Made by a program: the position numbers and the translations under genes
Source: Longimicrobiales bacterium
GTDB lineage: Bacteria > Gemmatimonadota > Gemmatimonadetes > Longimicrobiales > Gaopeijiaceae
DNA: 64,000 nt
NCBI GenBank assembly: GCA_965218295.1
Contig: CBDCKN010000013.1
Span: 544,001-608,000, forward strand
Direction: 5' to 3'
Shown here: piece by piece, positions 9,169 to 17,952 of the stretch
Position numbering within the stretch: the stretch's first letter is position 1
Layout: each line of letters opens with the position of its first letter
The notes under the pieces: generated by a model
Databases searched by the model: none
The model's input: only the letters and a program-made list of their open reading frames with translations
Told to the model about the DNA's origin: nothing

Positions 9169-10546
9169 GAGCTAGGATCAAAGGGTGTGTAAAAAGAGAG
9201 GCGACGTACCTTTCCGCTGAGTAATAACCAGCGAACTCCGGGTGACAGCCCGGGGGAAAGGAACGACGCCTCGTGAGGAAGAATACGGTGGGACCCGAGG
9301 GTGAGTCCAGGACGCCCGTGTGGGAAGTTCTGGAAGAAGTGGTTCGGGAGAAGGCGCAGGAGTTCATTCAACAGATCTTGGAGGAGGAAGTCACGGAGTT
9401 GCTAGGGCGAGAGAAGTCAGAGCGCAGGAGGGTGGTGGACGCGACCGAGGGCTACCGCAACGGATACGGCAAGCCGAGGCGGCTGGCGATGAGCTCGGGC
9501 ACGATCACACTCCGACGCCCTCGAGTTCGAGGCCTTGAGGAGCGGTTCGAGAGCCGCGTGCTGCCGTTGTTCGCGAGGCGGACGAAGGAGCTGGGCGCTC
9601 TGCTTCCGGAGCTGTATCTGCACGGACTGGCGGAGGGAGACTTCGAGTTGGCGATGCGGGGCCTGCTGGGCGAGGGGGCACCGCTGTCGAAGTCTTCGAT
9701 TCGGCGGCTGCGGGCGGGATGGACGGCGGAGTTCGAGGAATGGAGCCAGCGTCGCCTGGAGGGTCGTGAGGTCGTCTACGTGTGGGCGGACGGGATCTAT
9801 GTGAAGGCAGGGCTGGAGCGGGACAAAGCGGCGCTGCTGGTGGTGCTGGGTGCCATGCGAGACGGGACGAAAGAGGTGTTGGCCCTGAGAGCGGGCTACC
9901 GAGAGTCGGTCGAGTCCTGGTCCGAGGTGTTGCGGGACCTGAAGGCACGCGGCATCGAGGCGCCCCGGCTTCTGATGGCGGACGGTAACGCTGCGATCTG
10001 GGGCGCAGTACGGCAGGTATGGCCTGAGGCGGGTGAGCAACGGTGCTGGAACCACAAGATGAGGAACGTGCTGGACCGACTACCTCAGCGGGAGCAGGGC
10101 GAGGCGAAGGATCTTCTCCGGGCCGTGGTCTACGCACCGAGCCGGGCCGAGGCCCTGAAGGCCCGCGAGGTGTTCGCCCGACGCTATAGGCCGTGGTATC
10201 CGAAAGCAGTGGACGTACTCGAGGACGACTGGGAGCGGATGGTAGCGTTCTACGACTTCCCCGAGGACCACTGGAAGCATCTACGCACGACGAACGTGGT
10301 CGAGAGCCCGTTCGCCGCGGTACGGCTCAGGACGACAGCAGCGAAGCGGTTCAAGCGGGTCGAGAGCGCTACGGCGCTAATCTGGAAGTTGCTCTTGGTG
10401 GCTGAGAAGCGGTTCCGAAGGCTCGACGCTCCTCACCTCCTCAAGGACGTATTTGAAGGAAGAAAGTTCGAAGACGGAAAGCCCGTCTCACACCAACAGC
10501 GGAAGAACGCCGCCTAATACGTTTACACACCTATTGACCCAACCTC
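9169..10546 (+). mobile_element. Complete IS256-family element with 8-bp TSD TCCGTTAT
   Basis: 25-bp IRs GAGCTAGGATCAAAGGGTGTGTAAA / GAGGTTGGGTCAATAGGTGTGTAAA; TSD at 9161-9168 and 10547-10554. Confidence 0.92.
9273..10517 (+). CDS. IS256-family transposase
   Basis: GYRNGY, YVWADG, MADG, QRCWNHK, LRTTNVVES. Confidence 0.95.
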   Translation: MRKNTVGPEGESRTPVWEVLEEVVREKAQEFIQQILEEEVTELLGREKSERRRVVDATEGYRNGYGKPRRLAMSSGTITLRRPRVRGLEERFESRVLPLFARRTKELGALLPELYLHGLAEGDFELAMRGLLGEGAPLSKSSIRRLRAGWTAEFEEWSQRRLEGREVVYVWADGIYVKAGLERDKAALLVVLGAMRDGTKEVLALRAGYRESVESWSEVLRDLKARGIEAPRLLMADGNAAIWGAVRQVWPEAGEQRCWNHKMRNVLDRLPQREQGEAKDLLRAVVYAPSRAEALKAREVFARRYRPWYPKAVDVLEDDWERMVAFYDFPEDHWKHLRTTNVVESPFAAVRLRTTAAKRFKRVESATALIWKLLLVAEKRFRRLDAPHLLKDVFEGRKFEDGKPVSHQQRKNAA

Positions 10547-10599
10547 TCCGTTATAGCCCGTCGCTCACCAAGACCTTAGGCGTAGAGAGGAATTGTTCG

Positions 10600-10667
10600 G
10601 TGGCTTCGCGGGGCATGGTGACCCGAGTCGCGAGCCACACGTGCCAGCAGCAGGCGTTCGTTTAGAA
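10600..10667 (-). other. attC left half overlapping the stop codon of the 10662-11297 gene
   Basis: Minus strand TTCTAAACGAACGCCTGCTGCTGGC followed by a hairpin; right half absent. Confidence 0.5.
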
Positions 10668-11297
10668 ATCGCCACGAGTCGCCCTTAGGCGTTCCTCTAC
10701 TTCCTGCACTCGGGCGGACGCCTCGGCCTCAGTGAAGCCTCCCTCGAGGAGTTTCTGACGGAGGGTAACAAGCAGCTCGCGGTTCCGCTGAGGAACCGCC
10801 TTCCTCTCGGACTCCTCAAGCTGAAGAAATGCCTTCCTCTCGGACTCCTCGAGCTCTCTGAAACCAGACTCCGGATTGGCGTGCTCGTTACACCAAGCAA
10901 CCCAGAAGTCGTAGTCGCAGAACTTCTGGTCAGTCCCAAGCAACTTGTATTTCCGACCAGGGTGTTGGGCCTCATGCCTGACGTGACGAAGAAACTCCTC
11001 AGGAAGACGAACCGCGTGCTCGAGCACGTAGTGTGCCAGACCTTCAGGCCAAAGCCACAGACCATCAGAGAAGTCCGAGTCCCCCATCTGGGCGTCGTCA
11101 ACTCCGCAACGAAACCGGCACCAGGAGTAGCCCAGGCAGCTGTCGGCCCGCTTCGCGGAGCGGAGGTGGTGGGCGACGAGACGGCGCTCTGCGAGGTCCC
11201 ATTCGGAGTCCACGAACGCAATGGGATGGCGAAAGCGGTGATCAGGAATGTCCGGTTCTTGCCAAAACCCTATAGCCCACGGAATCCTCTCCTGCAT
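10662..11297 (-). CDS. Hypothetical protein (probable gene cassette), Cys/His/Trp motifs
   Basis: GGAG RBS; CLGYSWCRFRCG and WLWPEGLAHYVLEHAVRLPEEF; lower GC3 than the core genes. Confidence 0.75.
   Translation of the reverse strand: MQERIPWAIGFWQEPDIPDHRFRHPIAFVDSEWDLAERRLVAHHLRSAKRADSCLGYSWCRFRCGVDDAQMGDSDFSDGLWLWPEGLAHYVLEHAVRLPEEFLRHVRHEAQHPGRKYKLLGTDQKFCDYDFWVAWCNEHANPESGFRELEESERKAFLQLEESERKAVPQRNRELLVTLRQKLLEGGFTEAEASARVQEVEERLRATRGDF
10798..10855. repeat. In-frame 33-bp-period duplication (LEESERKA twice)
   Basis: GCCTTCCTCTCGGACTCCTC at 10798 and 10831. Confidence 0.9.
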
Positions 11298-11360
11298 TTG
11301 CCGCTCCCGTTCTGGTGTGCTGGTTCCGGTCAGAAAGTCTCACAGTCCTGCAAGCGCGAT

Positions 11361-11389
11361 TCCTAACGTCTCTGCGGTTCTGGTGCACG
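11361..11389 (-). other. attC right half (core GTTAGGA) upstream of the cassette gene
   Basis: Minus strand CGTGCACCAGAACCGCAGAGACGTTAGGA. Confidence 0.55.
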
Positions 11390-11466
11390 ATCAACATGCG
11401 AACCGTGAGTGAAGCGATCGAGCTCGACATGCACGTCGTGGGTCGGGGCTACGCCCTACCCGTTCC

Positions 11467-11548
11467 TCACCGAATCACATCCATCAGGATGTCGTGGATG
11501 ATGCCCGTGGCCACCTCCACGAGCAGAACGTCCAGCCCCACCCCTCTC
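11467..11548 (-). pseudogene. C-terminal remnant of an RcnB/CigR-like small protein, cut by the IS3 element
   Basis: RGVGLDVLLVEVATGIIHDILMDVIR*. Confidence 0.45.
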
Positions 11549-11635
11549 TGCCAACTTACGTGAGACACGGAGCAGCTAAGGAATTAGAGTAGGGCGAAGG
11601 CAGAGAAACCGAGGATGCTGAGACACCGAGAGAGA

Positions 11636-12064
11636 ATGAAAGAGAATGGAATAGCCCCACCAACCTGGGACGGTAAGCGAAGCGCGGCAGCTCCTGCGGA
11701 CTCGGAGGTGGTAGATAGGCCGCTGCGCCGGCGGTTCGCTCCGTCGTACAAGCTGCGGATCGTCGAAGAAGCGGACCGGTGCACGGAGCCCGGAGAGGTT
11801 GGCCGACTCCTACGGCGGGAGGGCTTGTACTCGTCGCACCTGACGACATGGCGCAAGGCGGCGCATAGCGGGTCCCTGAAAGCGCTGTCGAAGAAACGAG
11901 GCCGTAAGCGCGAGCGCAATCCGCTGGAGGAGAAGGTGCGCAAGCTGGAGCGCGAGAACACTCGCCTCGAGAAGGAGCTCCAGAAGGCGCACTTGATCAT
12001 CGACGTCCAGGGAAAAGTTGCAGGGCTGCTGGGATTGAGCCTCGAGGACGGGACGAACTCATGA
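11636..12064 (+). CDS. IS3-family transposase OrfA
   Basis: RRRFAPSYKLRIV, LLRREGLYSSHLTTWR. Confidence 0.88.
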   Translation: MKENGIAPPTWDGKRSAAAPADSEVVDRPLRRRFAPSYKLRIVEEADRCTEPGEVGRLLRREGLYSSHLTTWRKAAHSGSLKALSKKRGRKRERNPLEEKVRKLERENTRLEKELQKAHLIIDVQGKVAGLLGLSLEDGTNS

Positions 12065-13068
12065 AGGCGACCCAGGAGCTAGCCAAGCACGTAGGGGTGA
12101 AGCCCGCGTGCGATGCGCTCAGGGTGCCGCGAGCCACGTTCTACCGTCGTCGGAGTGCATCGACCGGGCATCAGCAGCCCCGCCCGACCCCCGCCCGGGC
12201 CTTAAGCGAGAAGGAACGAGACAAGGTCTTCGACACGCTGTGTTCGGAGCGGTTCGTGGACCGGTCCCCAGCCGAGGTGGTGGCGACGCTGCTCGACGAG
12301 GACGTCTACCTGTGCAGCGAGCGTACGATGTATCGCGTTCTGGCTTCCCAGGTGCCGGTTCAGGAGCGTCGAGCGCAGCGGAGTCATCCCAAATACCAGA
12401 AGCCCGAGTTGATGGCGAGGGGCCCGAACCAGGTCTGGTCCTGGGATATCACCCGGCTGCTGGGGCCGAAGAAGTGGAGTTACTTCTACCTCTACGTGAT
12501 CCTGGACATCTTCAGCCGCTACGTCGTGGGATGGATGGTGGCGGATCGGGAGAACTCTGCCCTGGCCAGCCGGCTGATCCAGCAGAGTTGCTTGAAGCAT
12601 GGCGTCCAGCCCCACCTCCTGACCCTGCATTCCGATCGAGGGGCTCCGATGACGAGCCAATGCACGGCTCAACTACTCGCCGATCTCGGCGTGACCCGCT
12701 CGTTGGGCCGACCCCAGGTCTCGGATGACAATCCGTTCTCCGAGGCTCAGTTCAAGACCTTGAAGTACCATCCCTCGTTTCCCGGCCGGTTCGGGGATCA
12801 GGGGCAAGCCAAGACCTTCTGTCGCTCGTTCTTCCGTTGGTATAATGCCGAGCACCGCCATGGCGGCATCTCGATGCTGACCCCCGAACAGGTCCACTTC
12901 GGTCACGCCGATCGGATCATCGCCTGCAGGAAGGCCGTGCTCCGTGAGGCATGGGCCGCTCATCCCGAGCGCTTCGTCTCCGGTGAGCCGAAGCCTAAAC
13001 CACTCCCGGAGGCCGTCTGGATCAATCCTCCCACCCCATCCCTCACTACACAGGAGATTGCTCTCTAA
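12061..13068 (+). CDS. IS3-family transposase OrfB
   Basis: WSWDIT, LHSDRG, DNPFSEAQFKTLK (DDE triad). Confidence 0.93.
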   Translation: MKATQELAKHVGVKPACDALRVPRATFYRRRSASTGHQQPRPTPARALSEKERDKVFDTLCSERFVDRSPAEVVATLLDEDVYLCSERTMYRVLASQVPVQERRAQRSHPKYQKPELMARGPNQVWSWDITRLLGPKKWSYFYLYVILDIFSRYVVGWMVADRENSALASRLIQQSCLKHGVQPHLLTLHSDRGAPMTSQCTAQLLADLGVTRSLGRPQVSDDNPFSEAQFKTLKYHPSFPGRFGDQGQAKTFCRSFFRWYNAEHRHGGISMLTPEQVHFGHADRIIACRKAVLREAWAAHPERFVSGEPKPKPLPEAVWINPPTPSLTTQEIAL

Positions 13069-13245
13069 TTGATTTCCAAGAGTGTCTCACTGGCGTTGAC
13101 AGGTTCCGCTTCGTCTCCGGTGAGCCGAAGCCTAAACCACTCCCGGAGGCCGTCTGGATCAATCCTCCCACCCCATCCCTCACTACACAGGAGATTGCTC
13201 TCTAATTGATTTCCAAGAGTGTCTCACTGGCGTTGACAGGTTCCG
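12970..13245 (+). repeat. Perfect tandem duplication with a 137-bp unit, covering the transposase 3' end and right IR
   Basis: 12970-13106 repeated at 13107-13243. Confidence 0.95.
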
Positions 13246-13345
13246 TCCAGTCGTAGAGGAAGAAGTCCCTTTTCCAAGTCGCGCACACAAATAGATAGAG
13301 GCCGACGATGAGCCCCAGCAGGCCGAACCACTGCTCTTCGTTCAC
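13246..13345 (-). pseudogene. N-terminal remnant of a small membrane protein cut by the IS end
   Basis: AAGGAG RBS plus GTG, MNEEQWFGLLGLIVGLYLFVCATWKRDFFLYDW, then IS sequence. Confidence 0.55.
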
Positions 13346-13380
13346 TCGGCGTCTCCTTCGGGAACGTCAGTAGAAGGCTA

Positions 13381-14070
13381 TCAACCCGTTTTGGCTCGAG
13401 ACTTCTTGGACTTCTTCTCCCGGAATCCGATCCGGTGGTAGGGATTCACTACGCTGGTCGCCACGTTCTTGAGGTGCGCGCTGACGCGCTTCAGATAGCG
13501 CAGGTAGAGTGCCACCGTGACCGCATGCCCCGCCCGTCCCGACAACGCCTCACCCGAGCACAGGGCACGCACTTGTTTGTCTACCTTGGATGCGATTGTG
13601 GTGTGGGATTTTATGATGCCCCTGGCCCGAACCACGTCGGATTCCTCGAGGGCGGGCACGATGTCGTCGAACATCCGAGCCATGGTCTTCTCGATCCCAA
13701 CCACCTTGTCGTGTAGCTCGAGCCCATCGAAGGGCCCCGGCACCGCGGACGCCAACTCCACGATGTTCTTGGTGTAGTCGCCGATCCGCTCGATGTCGAT
13801 GACGATCGCGGTGAGCACCAGTCCCAGGTTGATGTCAGGCTTGGAAGACACGGACATGTGCGTGACGATCTTTCGACGAACGCGCCGTTCGTACTTGTTG
13901 ATCTGCTGATCGCGCTTGTAGATGTCGGTCTTTGGCGTGCCCTCCGCGTGGAGCGCCGTGACTGCGTGGTCGAACATGTCGTGGGAGGCCCGAAGCATCA
14001 GGATCGCCTCGTCATATGCCTCCTGCAGTGGGCCTCCGGACCTGAAGAGCGCGAGGATTTGTTTCCACAT
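13381..14070 (-). CDS. PhoU domain protein
   Basis: DIERIGDYTKNI and YLKRVSAHLKNVA helical repeats; adjacent to a Na/Pi transporter. Confidence 0.88.
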   Translation of the reverse strand: MWKQILALFRSGGPLQEAYDEAILMLRASHDMFDHAVTALHAEGTPKTDIYKRDQQINKYERRVRRKIVTHMSVSSKPDINLGLVLTAIVIDIERIGDYTKNIVELASAVPGPFDGLELHDKVVGIEKTMARMFDDIVPALEESDVVRARGIIKSHTTIASKVDKQVRALCSGEALSGRAGHAVTVALYLRYLKRVSAHLKNVATSVVNPYHRIGFREKKSKKSRAKTG

Positions 14071-15003
14071 GGCTTGTTACCTTCGCCGGGCTTGCGGTCG
14101 AAAATGAGGCGAGAATCGCGGTGATGGTGGTTCCGATATTCGCCCCAATCGTGTACGGGAAGATCTGACGGAGGGTGAGGACCCCGGTGCCCGCCAAGGG
14201 CACGATCAAAGACGTCGTCGCCGAGCTGCTCTGCACGGACGCCGTCGCAACGACGCCCAGAGTGAAGCTCGCGGCGTCGTTACGGAAGAGGACCCTGTCG
14301 AAGAGCCCTTCCAGGCGCTGTAGGACGACGCCCCGCATGAACGTCAGCATCCCCCGCAGGGCCATGAAGAGCAGAGCGAGAGCCAGAATGACGAGTGGGA
14401 TCGTGTAGGGGATCAGCTCCGAGAGGAATTCGGCGGGTGGACCCACGACCAACTTGAGAGGGCTGGCCAGACTCATGCCACCCGCACCGGCGAACACGCG
14501 CTGCAGAAAGACCGCCGATTTCTCGACCGGGTGAAAAAGGATCTCCACCGGCAGGAGCGCGTGAACGCCGCGAACACGTTGAAGAAGTCGTGCACCGTGG
14601 AAGCCGCGAAGGCCCGCTCGAACTCCGCCGGACGGGTCACGTGCCCCATCGACACGATTGTGTTCGTCGTTGTCGTTCCGATGTTCGCACCCATGATGAT
14701 GGGCACGGCGAGCTGAATGGTGAGCGCGCCGGACGCCACGAGTCCCACCACGATGGTGGTGGTGGTCGAGGAGCTCTGGATCATACTCGTGGCCAGGAAT
14801 CCGATGAGCAGCCCGGCGACTGGGTCCGACGCCGTGTTCAGGAGCTGATCTGCGAGCCCTGCGCCGCTCATCTTGAACGCGGTGCTCATCAGCTCGATGC
14901 TGGAGAAGAACAGGTAGAGCAGGGCGAGGAAGTAGACGACGCGGCCGATCACCACGATCGGGCTGGCCTCGCGTTGGATTTGCGACGGGATGGGGTTGGG
15001 CAC
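14071..15003 (-). pseudogene. Na/Pi cotransporter (NptA/SLC34-like), frameshift near 14560, C-terminus apparently deleted
   Basis: Two QSSS and two GANIGTT repeats split over two frames; runs into the PhoU-domain gene right after the second GANIGTT. Confidence 0.8.
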
Positions 15004-15271
15004 CGGGCGCAGGTCCTGTTGTGATGGCAGCGATGAGCCGCACAGAAACTACAGACTCGCCGCCCCTGGGGAAAACCCGCTCACCGAGTCAGACCGTTCG
15101 CCTACCGCTTGCGCCTCCCGGCCACGGTGCGGCCGATCGTTCCTCTCCTTGGTAAGATCAGGCGACTGCGGCTGGCGCGGTAGGCATCGTAGTCGCACAC
15201 TGCGTGTGTTAACGCAGGTCAATCACAAATCCATTACGTGCCCGCCACACGGCTGGGGAGGAGAAAAAAAG

Positions 15272-15487
15272 ATGGCTGAGAGTGTGTACAAAGTGATCGA
15301 GCTGGTAGGAACCTCTACTGAGTCGTGGGAGAAGGCTGCGGCAGCAGCCGTCCAACGTGCATCCCAGTCGCTGCGGGACCTGCGTGTGGCTGAGGTCTCA
15401 GAGCTGGACCTGCAGCTCAGGGACGGTGCCGTTCAGAGCTACCGCGCGAAAGTCAAGGTCTCCTTCAGGTACGAAGCCGGCGACTAG
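15272..15487 (+). CDS. Dodecin family flavin-binding protein
   Basis: VYKVIELVGTSTESWEKA...YRAKVKVSF; GGAGGAG RBS. Confidence 0.93.
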   Translation: MAESVYKVIELVGTSTESWEKAAAAAVQRASQSLRDLRVAEVSELDLQLRDGAVQSYRAKVKVSFRYEAGD

Positions 15488-15609
15488 GAACACCGCGCCA
15501 CCAACACGACCTTATGCAGGACCGCAGCCTTCGTACGTATACTCACCATGTAAAGATACGTATACGACGAACTTCTTCGATGAGGTGAAGCAGCGGGCGG
15601 ATGGTCGCC

Positions 15610-15836
15610 CCCGGTACGGCGGAGCGTTCATGTGGGTGAACGGCGACGGTATCTGGCCGGTGCCGGAGAGCGCCTACGCGATGCGAGGGGCGGGGGGGCA
15701 GAGTGCCACCATGATCCCGACGCATCAACTCGTGGTGGTGAGGCAGGGCAAGTACACGGGCGCGGGAGCCGGTGGCCGGGCGCTGAACCGAGCGTTCGAG
15801 TTATTAATGGAGGCCGTGCCGCCAGTCGGCCAGTAG
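15610..15836 (+). pseudogene. C-terminal fragment of a serine hydrolase (beta-lactamase fold)
   Basis: YGGAFMWVN...YAMRGAGGQ...IPTHQLVVVR; no N-terminal part. Confidence 0.7.
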
Positions 15837-15920
15837 CCGGACCTTACCTGGCTTCCCGGGCTGCCGTTGGTGTTGCTGTAGGGGTCGCACGTCCGCATGT
15901 TGTTTGCACCTGTTCGCTTC

Positions 15921-16552
15921 TGCACCGAGACGAGGGCAGTCTCCATGGCCTCGAAGGCGGGATTTTCGACCTTGCTCTCGACGTTGTAGGTGCAGACCAC
16001 CAGCACAGAGGAGTCGTCGAGATGACGGGTGGCGAAATGGAGCAGGTCGAGGCCGGAAGGGTCACTCCAGTGAACGTCGTCCAGGACGACGAGGACGGGC
16101 TTCCTTTCGCCCAGCCGGCGAAGGAACTCGGTGAAGTTCCAGTGGATCCGCGTCTGGAGCTCTCCTGGCTCCCCCTCACCCGCCCCCGAGGCCTGATCGG
16201 CTCCGCTCCCGAGGGCGGGCACGACCCGGGCCAGCTCCCCTTCACCACCCCGGGTGAGCACCGAGAGGGCGGAGGCGTCCATCTCCCGGAGGACGGGCAG
16301 AAAGGCGTTGGACCAGAGCCCGTAGGGGATGCCCGTCTCGACTTTGTACGCCTGCCCCCGCACGGCGAGAAAACCGAGCCGATTCGCCTCTTCGGCCGCT
16401 GCGACCGCGAGGCGAGACTTGCCAATGCCCGTGGTGCCCCTCAGGAAGACGGCTCCACCGGTGCCGGAACCAGCATTGGCGAGGGCGTTCCCGAGAAAAC
16501 CGAGCTCCTCGGTCCGTCCGACGAGGGGAAGGTCGGGCAGGATGTTTGCCAT
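15921..16552 (-). pseudogene. N-terminal AAA ATPase domain of a large LuxR/STAND-type regulator, truncated
   Basis: LVGRTEEL, GTTGIGKSRL, LVVLDDVHWSD; similarity stops near 15920. Confidence 0.75.
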
Positions 16553-16890
16553 GACGGATCCCACTTGAATGAATTGACCCATACTCCCCCATCCAGCGCG
16601 CGCGCACAAGTATCCCGGATCCGGCGCTCTGGTCGGGCAACCCGACGGCCCCCGGACGCGACTAATCAAGAGCCGCGAAGTCGCCCTCTAGAAGTGTGGA
16701 GACAGGCTCCGGGCGGTTTCTACGAAACGGCGCTGGACAAGCCCTCGGGCGCCTCTTAGACTCTTCGCGGCTCGGCAAGACAACAGGGCTGGAAGGCCGC
16801 GTGGCCTTGCTCTGTAGCCGACTCGGCCCTCTGTTGGCCACGTGTGGCCGAGACACTTCTGGGACACCACACATAGGAGGCATGGTAGGG

Positions 16891-17952
16891 ATGATCGCCG
16901 TTGAAGGGGTGACGAAGCGATTTGGTGATCTCGTCGCGGTTCGGGATCTCGACTTCGAGATCGACCGGGGTGAAGTCGTGGGCTTTCTGGGGCCAAACGG
17001 AGCCGGGAAGACCACGACTATGAGGATGCTCACGGGCACGCTGGAGCCCGATGAGGGCCGGGTGCTGTTCGACGGGGTGCCCATCGGCCAGGACCTGACC
17101 GGCGCGAAGAAGCGTGTGGGCTACCTGCCCGAGGCCAATCCGCTCTATGAGGAGATGTTGGTGGCGGAATATCTGGAGTACGCAGCCCGCCTGAGGATGC
17201 TGGAGGGGGCCTCGGCCCGCTCAGCCATAGCCGACGCCGTCGACGAGACGGGCAGCGGCGACGTGTTCTTCCGGCCCGTCTCGGAGCTCTCCAAGGGATA
17301 CCGCCAGCGCGTCGGCCTCGCCGCCGCCATCCTGCACCATCCCGAGATCCTCGTCTTCGACGAGCCCACCGAGGGCCTCGACCCCAACCAGCGTGTGGAA
17401 ATACGAAACCTCGTCAGCACCCTGGGCCGCGAGCGTACGGTCCTCCTGAGCACACACGTTATGCAGGAGGTCGAGGCGACCTGCACGAGGCTCATCATCA
17501 TCAGCCGCGGCAAGCTGGTGGCGGACGGAGCGGTCACCGACCTGCTGGCCGCGGCCGGCGGCCTCTCCCAGTACATCGTGGAGGCCGCCGGCCAGGGGGT
17601 CGCCGAGGCCCTGAGCCGCCTTCCCGGAGTCGACTCGTACACCTCGGAGGATCTGGAAGACCGCACGCGCGTGCGCCTGTCGGTGGCCGGCGACGCGGAG
17701 CTTCGGCCCGAGATCTTCCGCATGGCCACGGAGAAGCAGTGGGTGCTGTGGGAGCTGCACCGCGAGCCGGCCACGCTGGAGCAGATCTTCCGCGACCTGA
17801 CCGCCGACACCGGGGACGGCGACGGGGCGACGACGGAGGAGCCGACCGCCAGCGCCCTCGACGATCCGGCCCCGGGAGATCCTCCGACCCTGGAGGCGGC
17901 TCCCGAGCTCGGCACGCCGCCCACCGACGATGACGGGGAGGTGCGGTCATGA
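16891..17952 (+). CDS. ABC transporter ATP-binding protein (GldA-like)
   Basis: GPNGAGKTT, LSKGYRQR, FDEPT. Confidence 0.92.
   Translation: MIAVEGVTKRFGDLVAVRDLDFEIDRGEVVGFLGPNGAGKTTTMRMLTGTLEPDEGRVLFDGVPIGQDLTGAKKRVGYLPEANPLYEEMLVAEYLEYAARLRMLEGASARSAIADAVDETGSGDVFFRPVSELSKGYRQRVGLAAAILHHPEILVFDEPTEGLDPNQRVEIRNLVSTLGRERTVLLSTHVMQEVEATCTRLIIISRGKLVADGAVTDLLAAAGGLSQYIVEAAGQGVAEALSRLPGVDSYTSEDLEDRTRVRLSVAGDAELRPEIFRMATEKQWVLWELHREPATLEQIFRDLTADTGDGDGATTEEPTASALDDPAPGDPPTLEAAPELGTPPTDDDGEVRS

Larger units (their letters stand above)
9109..10581 (+). other. Degenerate integron attC site (87 bp once the IS and one TSD copy are removed), split by IS256
   Basis: GCCTAAC..TCGAACGGACGGGC (9109-9135), inner hairpin GGAAGTGTGG/CCACATTTCC, then GCCCGTCGCTCACCAAGACCTTAGGC (10556-10581). 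Confidence 0.65.
11549..13108 (+). mobile_element. IS3-family element
   Basis: Imperfect IRs TGCCAACTTACGTGAGACAC / GTGTCTCACTGGCGTTGACA; orfA/orfB with a G_GGA_AAA slippery site at 12010-12016 and an open -1 frame; no TSD seen. Confidence 0.85.

Noticed and set aside
12970..13245. CRISPR array or other spaced-repeat system
   Set aside because: Two abutting 137-bp copies with no spacers; no cas genes or short spaced repeats seen anywhere in the window
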